The notes under the pieces were generated by a model that made no database searches, was not told the DNA's origin, and worked only from the letters and a program-made list of their open reading frames with translations. Shown here one piece after another: positions 48,368 to 56,306 of a stretch of 64,000 bases of DNA. A program made the translations under genes and the position numbers. How positions within the stretch are numbered: the first letter of the stretch is position 1; the number at the start of each line of letters is the position of its first letter. This DNA comes from a virus (Duplodnaviria; Caudoviricetes), in the IMG/VR virus record IMGVR_UViG_3300021185_002143, positions 2,221 through 66,220 of that record. One strand, given 5' to 3'.

Positions 48368-50647
48368 TTAAGACCTAGCGTCTTCTTGGAACTTCATTGC
48401 TGCCTCAGCGTCGCGGATTGCTTGGTCCTGCTCGTGCTTCTGCTGCTTGATTGACATTTCAAGTTCTGCCTTCTGTTGCATGATCTGCATTTGGACTTGT
48501 GCCGCTGCGATCTTAGGATCTTCCTGCGGCTGCTCTCCACCTTGCTGCTGCATCATGGCTGCTTCCTCCTCGGTCATTTGCTGCTGGGCTTGCGCTTCGT
48601 CGCGCTGGATCTTCTCCATTGCCTTGGCAGTGTTGTTGATCATCTCTTCACCATACTGCAACGACTGCTTAGCTTGTGCAACTAGTCCCTCAAGTGCTGG
48701 CTCGCCGCTGGCGAACTGTGTATGTTCGGCGATGTGCTGGTAGAACGCCTGTAGAACTGGCATTGCTTGCATTGGGTCTGCCTGACCCGTGTTTAATGCT
48801 TCCAGTAACTGGCCAAATGACTCTAAATGGATACCTAAGTGTGTACCATGTAACTCCGAAGACAATACAGGCATCGGTTGTCCCTGATTCAGGGTAGCGG
48901 TTTCCATGATAGCGATCTTATTGTCCACTGTTTCACGTGGAACATCCATCTGCGGTGCGTATCTGTCAGCGATATCGGCTCCAACACGGGTAGCTACGAT
49001 GTCACGGGTCAGGTTAGCACGACCTACTTCGTCAAATGAACCACTAATTGCGTTCAATTCACGTAGGGAAGCTAGTCTGTTAGCCCTTGAGCCGTCTCCG
49101 ATAGCCCTAACGGCTGTGGTTCTGGCTAGATCTAGGTTTTCTAGGAACTCTTTTGGCACCCCACGGTCATAACAACGGTCGCAGAAGTCCTTGGTGCGCT
49201 GGTCTTTGGGTGATTTGATCACGCGTTTTACTACTTCTCGTAGCAAACGGCCCCAAGATGCGTAGAATAAGTTCAATGCAGCACCACTTAACTGGGTGCT
49301 GATGTCCATATCACTGATAACTTGATCCTTATTCCTGTATGGGCTGGACTGAGTCGGGCCATATGGGGACTGTGTGTCCGTATTCATGGCCAATTGGTTC
49401 TGCATATCCTGCAATGCGGGCTGCACTGCGTTCGATAAGTTAGGAATTGCCTTCTCAATGATGTTAACATTGGGGCTAAGCACTGCATATGAACCGTAAA
49501 AGGTCATGTCTAGCTCCTCAAGGGCTCTGCTAGACTCTGGCTGAAGCATAACTGCCGAAGAAATCATGGCTCCGTCGATCATCTGGCAACGTAAACGGTT
49601 GCTGGTCTGGACGTGCGAGAAGACTCGCTGCCCTAAACCACGAATCGAGTGGTATGTTCCGTTAGATCCTACGCCATACGTAAACATTACGTATGCTTCT
49701 TCTGCTGATTTGTATCGAGATGGTTTCTCGTAAAGGAATTTGGATGGGCTTGACTCGACACAGGAGTAATGACTCAGGGTTCCGTCTGTCTCACGCACCA
49801 AAAAGTGCAACACAGATACCGTTGGGTTCTCTACACCGACTAGTAAGTCGTTGTTCTTGATCTCAGCTTGCAGGGATTCGTAATCAGAGTTCAGGTTTCC
49901 TGTAGAAAAGGATCCGCGTCCGTTGGTAGTCACGTTCTTGACCATGACTCGCTTCACCTCATCGACGTTCCACCCTACCTTGGCTGCGGCTTCAGGGTTC
50001 TTGATGAAGTTTGCTAGTTCGTGAATGTGGTAAGAGCGACGGATTACGGATACGTCAATGGCTTCCTCGGAAGAGGGTGTCTGTCTCGGGATTAGGATGT
50101 CCTCGAATGAGCCTACCTTAAACTGCCAACCTTCTGGCGAGTCAAAGTATGCGACACCGACACCATGTTTAATGAATGTGGTGCAGAGGCGTAAGTAGTT
50201 CGAGTGAAACTCAGGCCATGACTTTAGTAGCTGCGTGAGTTCTGAGCTGACGATGTCTTCCCACTCGTGGCGCTGGGCATCTTCACCGACTGTGCCTTTA
50301 ACATTAACAAACTTCTCAAGGGACGAGTATAAGTCCACATAAGCTGACAAAGAAATATCAAGTAGACGCTGAGCTTCTCCAAAATTTAAGTTGGTTTTTT
50401 GACCCTGACCTGAAGCGTTAAGCTTCGACTGGTCATAGGGAGCCGCTCCATCAAACATCCCGTCGATGCGGGCGCGTTGTAGAGCTGACTGTCGATCAGC
50501 ATCCTTTAAACGGGTGTATATTGCAAGGGCCGATTTAACGTCCTTGAGTCGGCGTGTCTTGGTGCCGTCTTCTTTTACCCCCATCGTGAGCCCGAGCCCA
50601 TCAATAACGTCTAGGGACTTGGGTTGCTTCGTAGGTTTGTCTGCCAT
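48368..50647 (-). CDS. Portal protein
   Basis: 759 aa; FDGAAPY, NLNFGEA, HGVGVAY, IRGLG; Q-rich coiled-coil C-terminal barrel as in podovirus portals. Confidence 0.8.
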   Translation of the reverse strand: MADKPTKQPKSLDVIDGLGLTMGVKEDGTKTRRLKDVKSALAIYTRLKDADRQSALQRARIDGMFDGAAPYDQSKLNASGQGQKTNLNFGEAQRLLDISLSAYVDLYSSLEKFVNVKGTVGEDAQRHEWEDIVSSELTQLLKSWPEFHSNYLRLCTTFIKHGVGVAYFDSPEGWQFKVGSFEDILIPRQTPSSEEAIDVSVIRRSYHIHELANFIKNPEAAAKVGWNVDEVKRVMVKNVTTNGRGSFSTGNLNSDYESLQAEIKNNDLLVGVENPTVSVLHFLVRETDGTLSHYSCVESSPSKFLYEKPSRYKSAEEAYVMFTYGVGSNGTYHSIRGLGQRVFSHVQTSNRLRCQMIDGAMISSAVMLQPESSRALEELDMTFYGSYAVLSPNVNIIEKAIPNLSNAVQPALQDMQNQLAMNTDTQSPYGPTQSSPYRNKDQVISDMDISTQLSGAALNLFYASWGRLLREVVKRVIKSPKDQRTKDFCDRCYDRGVPKEFLENLDLARTTAVRAIGDGSRANRLASLRELNAISGSFDEVGRANLTRDIVATRVGADIADRYAPQMDVPRETVDNKIAIMETATLNQGQPMPVLSSELHGTHLGIHLESFGQLLEALNTGQADPMQAMPVLQAFYQHIAEHTQFASGEPALEGLVAQAKQSLQYGEEMINNTAKAMEKIQRDEAQAQQQMTEEEAAMMQQQGGEQPQEDPKIAAAQVQMQIMQQKAELEMSIKQQKHEQDQAIRDAEAAMKFQEDARS

Positions 50648-50659
50648 AAGATGTTGGGG

Positions 50660-50688
50660 ATGTTACTATTTTATAATGAAGTGGTCAA
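50660..50688 (-). promoter_or_regulatory. sigma70-like promoter TTGACC-N17-TAACAT for the portal gene
   Basis: Intergenic, 12 nt before ATG. Confidence 0.6.
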
Positions 50689-50694
50689 GGTGCA

Positions 50695-50964
50695 TTACCA
50701 CTTGACCTTGTTGGCCCAGTAGGCGGCGGACATCTTGCCCTTCTTAATGTTCTTAGCGTGGCGAGCTTTGAACGAGGCTTGACGCTTCGTGGGTTTCCTG
50801 TCCCCAGTTACACCCTGTTGTCCAAAGCGAATGAGTTTATGCTTACCGCCCTCACTAGCCATCACCACGTGACTCTTCTTAGGGTGCTTAGGTGTGCGCT
50901 TAGGTTTATTAACCCCAGCGAGACCTAGTCTTTTGATAGTAGCCTTGACGCGATCGGAAGCCAT
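50695..50964 (-). CDS. Small basic conserved phage protein
   Basis: KLIRFGQQG...RQASFKARH...MSAAYWA pattern; start MASDRVKAT. Confidence 0.7.
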   Translation of the reverse strand: MASDRVKATIKRLGLAGVNKPKRTPKHPKKSHVVMASEGGKHKLIRFGQQGVTGDRKPTKRQASFKARHAKNIKKGKMSAAYWANKVKW

Positions 50965-51716
50965 GTGATTAACATTACACAAGATCTATCTAATCGTCAA
51001 CGCTTGATCCCCCGTGGGGAGCGTGAGGCTAACCTCTGGGCAGCGAGCTTTGCACGAACAGATCTATATTTGGATTCGTCACCGTTAAAATATCTAATAA
51101 TAGCCTTTGCTTGTGCCTTTCTTAAATCTGCGACTGCATCACCCCTTGCATACAAAGTACCCATGGGATCTAGGAGGCCCTGTGCTATGTTCTGCCCCGC
51201 GCCTTTCAGGGAAAAGCCCCTTTCCCCCATGACCTTATGTTGTTCCCGAGCTTTTTCTCGTGCCTCCTCTGAGTTAGCGAGGGATGCGGCTTCATAGGCC
51301 ATTATAGCTGCTGTGACAGGTGGTGCTTTTTTTGCTATAAACTTCCCAGCTGCAGCCGCTTTAGAACCCCCTTGGATGATTCTCTCGGCAATTTTCTTTT
51401 TAGGAACCTGAGTCGGTCTTAACTGAACTGTTCGTGGAGTAGCTTGGGTGGGGCTTATCTGAACTGTTCTCGGGCTTGTCGGAAATGTTCTGGGTGTGGC
51501 TTGGGTGGCCTTTTTCTTAAGACCATTCTTGACGTAATTTACCACTTCAATGTTGTCCAACACATCATAGGTGGCCCCCAAATCTTGTTGCTCGGTTTTT
51601 TCGATGGCACGCCTAGCTCGGTCTAGTGTCTTAGACAAAACTTTCTTTTTTGTGGTAGCCTTGACGCGATCGGAAGCCATGCGGTTAACATTACACAAGA
51701 TCTACCCAGTCGTCAA
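50939..51716 (-). repeat. 62-bp direct repeat (50939-51000 and 51655-51716): promoter plus first 9 codons
   Basis: TTGACGA....TAGATCTTGTGTAATGTTAA.C.CATGGCTTCCGATCGCGTCAAGGCTAC in both copies. Confidence 0.9.
50997..51680 (-). CDS. Basic hypothetical protein
   Basis: Starts MASDRVKAT like the downstream gene; internal TQATPRT repeats. Confidence 0.65.
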   Translation of the reverse strand: MASDRVKATTKKKVLSKTLDRARRAIEKTEQQDLGATYDVLDNIEVVNYVKNGLKKKATQATPRTFPTSPRTVQISPTQATPRTVQLRPTQVPKKKIAERIIQGGSKAAAAGKFIAKKAPPVTAAIMAYEAASLANSEEAREKAREQHKVMGERGFSLKGAGQNIAQGLLDPMGTLYARGDAVADLRKAQAKAIIRYFNGDESKYRSVRAKLAAQRLASRSPRGIKR

Positions 51717-51912
51717 TACCTGTGACTCCGCCGCCCTCCTCGAGGTTCCCCTCAATAAAAGAAACGAGAGCGAGTGTCTCGGACTTGGTTAGCTTGGTGA
51801 CATGAATCTCGCCTGAGGCTCGCCATGACTTAATGATTTCTACTATGCCATTGTTCCACTGGAATGCTAGGCGATAGTTCTCTGCTTCGTATTGGTCTAG
51901 TTGTTTGCTCAT
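51691..51912 (-). CDS. Hypothetical protein
   Basis: 73 aa, coupled ORF. Confidence 0.55.
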   Translation of the reverse strand: MSKQLDQYEAENYRLAFQWNNGIVEIIKSWRASGEIHVTKLTKSETLALVSFIEGNLEEGGGVTGIDDWVDLV

Positions 51913-52196
51913 AATAGTATTTGTTTAACCCACGTAGCTAATCGAGTAGGCATGTGGTCGTATAGGTAAAGTCCAATGTGGATAATGACCACTAGTTCTC
52001 TAGGAATCCTGTATCGTGTAAGCTGCTTGATGAATCGTCTACGGTTGTGTGTCGTAGTGTTGGGATACTTATTAGTAAGTATATCGTGAAAGTCCCCTGC
52101 GCGATCAATGCGATACATGATCTCGGGTCCGTAATTACAAAGTATATACTCCCGAAGTAGGGTCGGGATTGACGCGCCATCTGTTTCTTGTTTCAT
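51909..52196 (-). CDS. Hypothetical protein
   Basis: 95 aa, ATGA-coupled. Confidence 0.55.
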   Translation of the reverse strand: MKQETDGASIPTLLREYILCNYGPEIMYRIDRAGDFHDILTNKYPNTTTHNRRRFIKQLTRYRIPRELVVIIHIGLYLYDHMPTRLATWVKQILL

Positions 52197-52732
52197 TCGT
52201 GCATCTCCGTTAGTTGTTTCATACGTTCTTCCTGCATCTCTTTAATCTGCTTGCGACTGTATGTCCGTGGTCGGAATGATACATCCCTTAGGTTGACTCG
52301 CTCGATGGGGCAACGACCGCTTGTCTCATCCAAGTAATACTTGACCTCTCGGAAGTATATACCCTGAGCATCCTCGGTCTGGTGATATACAGTCCCACCA
52401 TGGTCCACCAAGTAAAGACACCACAGGTCAGGTATCTCTATAAACTGAGAGCCAATCTCTCGAGGTCTATTAGGTAACCAGTCGTGATCTTCGCCCGCTG
52501 TTATCATAGCCTCCCTGCGAAGTGCGTGTGGGTTACGGCTACGTCTCTTACCATCGTCAAAGGTGATCTGGACACGCAGCTCTTTCCAGTTTCTGCCTTT
52601 GCGAGATGATGACGTAGTCTTAATAGGCTTGCGCGAGCCACTCTTTAGTAAGCGATATACCCTACCGTCAGAGGCGATCTCATACTTAGACGCGTTGGGT
52701 ATAGGGTAAAATTGTAGTGCGGTTTCGCTCAT
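52193..52732 (-). CDS. NUMOD4-like domain protein
   Basis: FYPIP....YEIASDGRV N-terminus with a degenerate second copy (FIEIP....YLVDHGGTV); leaderless-type promoter TTGACA-N16-TAGTAT at 52739-52766. Confidence 0.6.
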   Translation of the reverse strand: MSETALQFYPIPNASKYEIASDGRVYRLLKSGSRKPIKTTSSSRKGRNWKELRVQITFDDGKRRSRNPHALRREAMITAGEDHDWLPNRPREIGSQFIEIPDLWCLYLVDHGGTVYHQTEDAQGIYFREVKYYLDETSGRCPIERVNLRDVSFRPRTYSRKQIKEMQEERMKQLTEMHE

Positions 52733-52832
52733 AGGGGCATACTACTAAAAAGTGAGGGGGTGTCAATCCGTTTTGGAGGCTAATTTTACGGGCCGAGCTG
52801 TAGCCTATATTCTATATGGCCTAGCGGCTAAT

Positions 52833-52949
52833 AGAGATGACCACAACAACCTCTCTTTTCAGAGAAAGTTTTTTTTGACTTTGTTCCTCTTAGAAGAATA
52901 ATATAGGAAAAAACTTTCTCTGAAAAGAGGGGTTGTTGTGGTCATCTCT
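52833..52949. repeat. 42-bp inverted repeat (1 mismatch) with a 33-bp spacer
   Basis: Left arm agagatgaccacaacaacctctcttttcagagaaagtttttt; right arm aaaaaactttctctgaaaagaggggttgttgtggtcatctct. Confidence 0.95.
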
Positions 52950-53183
52950 CTTTTTATTTAGCCCTTATTCCATAAGGCCCACAGGCCAATAGAGGGGTTG
53001 TCAATCAGTAAAAATATAGCGTTAAATAAACGCAAACTACTTGCATTAAGCACTATATGTATTCACTTTGTGCCTACTTAAGCAGCAAATAGGCAATAAC
53101 GACAGCCGTCGCGAAAAGCAACACGAGAGCCGCCATAACCATCAGGCACCCTGTTTCGTGAGCCTTGTCTATCTCATCCCGCA

Positions 53184-53498
53184 TCATCTAGGTCTTAGAT
53201 AGTTGTGTTCTAAAATCCACGGTATAATTAGGTTCTCGACGCACCTTACATACGCCTCCTCCTCATTACGCTCCATGTATGCGATACCCGTTATTCGGAA
53301 TATCATATGTGACACCTCGTGTATGAGCGTGAGCCAGTGTTGCTTCGGGTCATCTATGCACTTCAGAGATAGAAAGATGGTGAGCTGGTCATTGTCACAC
53401 AGACCCCACTCCTCTATATCTGAATACCGAACCTTGATCCATTTACCCAGAACCTTGATTCGTTTGACCTTGCTGCCCTTCTCAAGTTCTTTCTTCAT
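53184..53498 (-). CDS. Small HExxH metallopeptidase-like protein
   Basis: WGLC......I.L, TLIHEVSH, downstream EEE. Confidence 0.7.
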   Translation of the reverse strand: MKKELEKGSKVKRIKVLGKWIKVRYSDIEEWGLCDNDQLTIFLSLKCIDDPKQHWLTLIHEVSHMIFRITGIAYMERNEEEAYVRCVENLIIPWILEHNYLRPR

Positions 53499-53736
53499 CC
53501 GTCATCGTGATAAAGCAAGGTGTTGATTCGCCAAGCCATGCACCTATCTGGTTAAACTCAAAGAACTCTTCTGCCTCCTCATAGTCCATACCCTCCTTCA
53601 TATGCGCCGCGATGACTTTGTCACGGTCGTAGCAAATGATAGGTGGCTGCCCAAATCGTTCTACTATACCTACGATGCACTCGTCATACCCATCCATAAT
53701 GAGCATGTCCTCTGTAATTTCATCTTCTAATATCAT
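53482..53736 (-). CDS. Conserved phage hypothetical protein
   Basis: DGYDECIVG...YD..K...EEAEEFFEFN..GAW.GE.TP. Confidence 0.7.
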   Translation of the reverse strand: MILEDEITEDMLIMDGYDECIVGIVERFGQPPIICYDRDKVIAAHMKEGMDYEEAEEFFEFNQIGAWLGESTPCFITMTDEERT

Positions 53737-54137
53737 GACTTCTTGTTGTATGGGCTAATTGGTGCCTCGCCTCGGTCTTCGAGTGTGCGTTGCAATAGTG
53801 CTAACGCCCGCCACGCAACTTTCGCTGCATGTAGAATACCGTCATCATCGAGCTGGTCATACTGCATCAGGTGTCTGACTAGGCAGTCCGACTCATCGGT
53901 AGACTTCTCCCTCGCCCAATGAAGCGGTTCACCTGCATTGTGTTGGTCGTTTCCTGTCTTACTACACTTAGCTACCAGCCACAGTGCATCTGGGAAGTAG
54001 TTAAGCACTCCACTAAATATAGGCGCTTGCTTCCGTTCGTAACCCTTGTTCCAGCCTCCTTCGTCCTGTAGATAAGGCTTCGAGTCGCCTTCACCGACTC
54101 CTATACTGGACCATCCTTGTTTTTGTTTATCGCTCAT
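53733..54137 (-). CDS. dATP/dGTP diphosphohydrolase-like protein (DUF5664-type)
   Basis: ERK..PIFSGVL.YFPDAL..VA..S..GN.QH.....LHW.R.KS.D..D...RHL...HAAKVAWRALA. Confidence 0.7.
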   Translation of the reverse strand: MSDKQKQGWSSIGVGEGDSKPYLQDEGGWNKGYERKQAPIFSGVLNYFPDALWLVAKCSKTGNDQHNAGEPLHWAREKSTDESDCLVRHLMQYDQLDDDGILHAAKVAWRALALLQRTLEDRGEAPISPYNKKS

Positions 54138-54543
54138 TTTTGTGGTATGTATGTTTTCTTGACTATCATTTTATATCTGGTCCCTGCCCGTAGATCAAGT
54201 ATAATCAATACTTTCATTAATTTTTTCATATGCGTGTATATGTATAGTGTGCGCCCGCGCAAAAAAGACCGACCCCACCCGTAGGGTGTCCACAACTTCG
54301 CACTATAACACTAATGCGTGGTTCTAACCCCCTCTTACAGAGGGGGTTGGCTCAAACAGGCTGTGGAACATGACTCAAGAGTCATGATCCGTGGGTCATG
54401 TTACATGACTCAGGGTTAAGCGCGGACAAGGTGCGGAGCGTAGCTCGGCGCGATTGTCCATGCGAACCACATATGAACCCTGAACCCTGCTTCCCGAGCC
54501 GTTTGCCTCGCATCATGTATGTGTTGCCTCGAAGAGGGAGAGT

Positions 54544-54600
54544 TGCAATATGATATTTCAACTACCCCTTTAGGGGTAAACTTGGCTGTCCTAACTTAGA
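54544..54600 (+). repeat. Cassette-boundary element, copy 1 (divergent 3' half)
   Basis: tgcaatatgatatttcaactacccctttaggggtaaacttggctgtcctaacttaga. Confidence 0.9.
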
Positions 54601-54646
54601 TGGTGAAGCTGATGGCAATTCCGCTGATCACCTTCCCAATTACATT

Positions 54647-55333
54647 ATGAAAAACACAATCGACACATCCGCTAGTTATTCCGACATCAAGACTCAAGCT
54701 AAGACTGCTATCATCCAAGCAGGAACTGCTTTCCTATCCACAGTAAAGACTGTAGGTCTTTACCGAGCCGCTTTGACTCTCAAGTCTCCTCACTACGAAT
54801 CCGACCCAGCTAAAGCTTCCAGTCAAGCTTACAATCTCGTAGAGAAATGGCTTGTCCAGTCTGGTATTCCTAAGAAGCAAGCACGAGGGATTGCCAATAA
54901 CTCCAAAGGAGCTTCGCTCCTTGCTGAGAAAGTTCTCACCCTCGGTCTCTCCGAGACTGTTTACAACGCTGTTCCCACTGGGAACTGTGCCAAGGCATCC
55001 GAAGCGGTGACTGAGGAAAACGTAGCGGAGCTAAACAAGATCAAGCCCAGCAAAGCTGGTAGATTGAACAAGAAAGCCAAGGACAAGTTTGGTATCTCCG
55101 ATACCATAGCTAAGGAGACTCCCACTAAGAAGACGAAGTCTAGTAAGCCCAAGCCATGTGGCGAGAATCCAGATGCCCTTCACCCAGAGCTTGCATCTTG
55201 CTTAAGCAAGATCAACAAGATCAAGAAGAGCGTAGCTGAGGACTTGAACCACTCAGCGAAGCTGGAACTCAAGAGAGCCGTGCTTGACTTGCTCCACTCA
55301 CTCAGCCCAGCCGTGAACAGCGAAGCTGCTTAA
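54647..55333 (+). CDS. Early hypothetical protein (K/A/S-rich)
   Basis: 228 aa, first gene after the strand switch. Confidence 0.7.
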   Translation: MKNTIDTSASYSDIKTQAKTAIIQAGTAFLSTVKTVGLYRAALTLKSPHYESDPAKASSQAYNLVEKWLVQSGIPKKQARGIANNSKGASLLAEKVLTLGLSETVYNAVPTGNCAKASEAVTEENVAELNKIKPSKAGRLNKKAKDKFGISDTIAKETPTKKTKSSKPKPCGENPDALHPELASCLSKINKIKKSVAEDLNHSAKLELKRAVLDLLHSLSPAVNSEAA

Positions 55334-55354
55334 TTCCTTACCCTAAAGGGTAGT

Positions 55355-55423
55355 TGCAATATGATATTTCAACTACCCCTTTAGGGGTAAGAATGACTGT
55401 CCTACTTAGACTAACGACAACAC
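55355..55423 (+). repeat. Cassette-boundary element, copy 2
   Basis: tgcaatatgatatttcaactacccctttaggggtaagaatgactgtcctacttagactaacgacaacac. Confidence 0.95.
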
Positions 55424-55433
55424 AATCCAAATT

Positions 55434-55679
55434 ATGACCAAAGAAAAAGCAAAGCAAGTATTATCCGCCATGGCTTCCAAAGACTATGACACCCTCAGAT
55501 CCCTCAAGCTAGGGGTATTCGGAAACAAGGGCAGGTTGTGGACAAACACCGCCTGTCTCATGACTCTTGACTCTGTCAAGGGTGAGTGCAACCCCCGACT
55601 GTCTCACAACTATTGTGATGTCGAACAGATCGGATGCCCCAAGTGCATGGAGACCCTCGAGCTAATCGCTGAGGGTTAA
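55434..55679 (+). CDS. Small Cys-containing hypothetical protein
   Basis: 81 aa with C...CPKC; single-gene cassette. Confidence 0.65.
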   Translation: MTKEKAKQVLSAMASKDYDTLRSLKLGVFGNKGRLWTNTACLMTLDSVKGECNPRLSHNYCDVEQIGCPKCMETLELIAEG

Positions 55680-55688
55680 CCCTCAAGT

Positions 55689-55760
55689 TGCAATATGATA
55701 TTTCAACCCCCCTCTTACAGAGGGGGTGAATGACTGTCCTACTTAGACTAACGACAACAC
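55689..55760 (+). repeat. Cassette-boundary element, copy 3 (alternative hairpin)
   Basis: Central hairpin replaced by ccccctct-tac-agaggggg. Confidence 0.95.
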
Positions 55761-55766
55761 CATCCT

Positions 55767-55949
55767 ATGAAACTACACAGCAAGCTAATTGCCCTTACCA
55801 TCCACCTGTTCACCAAGCACTACTTGTTCTCCCAAGAGTGGAGAAAAGGGAACGGCATTAAGAACTGGCTCTATGAGCATGGCATCATTGAAGCCGTCCA
55901 GATCAATCTCGAATTACTTCAACTACGAGTCGAAGACTTATCCAAATAG
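55767..55949 (+). CDS. Hypothetical protein
   Basis: 60 aa directly after the repeat leader. Confidence 0.55.
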   Translation: MKLHSKLIALTIHLFTKHYLFSQEWRKGNGIKNWLYEHGIIEAVQINLELLQLRVEDLSK

Positions 55950-55953
55950 AACC

Positions 55954-56232
55954 ATGAAACGTAAAGCAAGATACTTCCTCACAATATTCGATTCAGTCTA
56001 CAAATTCGACAAGCCCTACATGCTATGCAACGACGGCAAGCTCCGAGACTTCGTCTGGTTCGGCACAGTCAAGTCTGCCCTCAAGATCTACCGATCTGAG
56101 GGTTGGGCAATCCGTAAAGCCAGCGAGCTGGTGAGATCTGGTCAAGTGGGTAGCGTTGTTATCAACTATGCATATGATGGCGAGACCATCAGCAACCGAG
56201 GCGAGATCATCAAACCACAATCTGCAATATGA
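55954..56232 (+). CDS. Hypothetical protein; stop codon lies inside repeat copy 4
   Basis: MKRKARY...KPQSAI*. Confidence 0.65.
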   Translation: MKRKARYFLTIFDSVYKFDKPYMLCNDGKLRDFVWFGTVKSALKIYRSEGWAIRKASELVRSGQVGSVVINYAYDGETISNRGEIIKPQSAI

Positions 56233-56291
56233 TATTTCAACTACCCCTTAAGGGGTAAGAATGACTGTCCTACTTAGACTAACGACAACAC
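56223..56291 (+). repeat. Cassette-boundary element, copy 4
   Basis: tgcaatatgatatttcaactaccccttaaggggtaagaatgactgtcctacttagactaacgacaacac. Confidence 0.95.
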
Positions 56292-56306
56292 AAACCAAAC
56301 ATTACC

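Noticed and set aside
54200-54646. tRNA gene in the strand-switch region
   Set aside because: No cloverleaf with a T-loop GTTCRA and matching acceptor stem could be built by eye.
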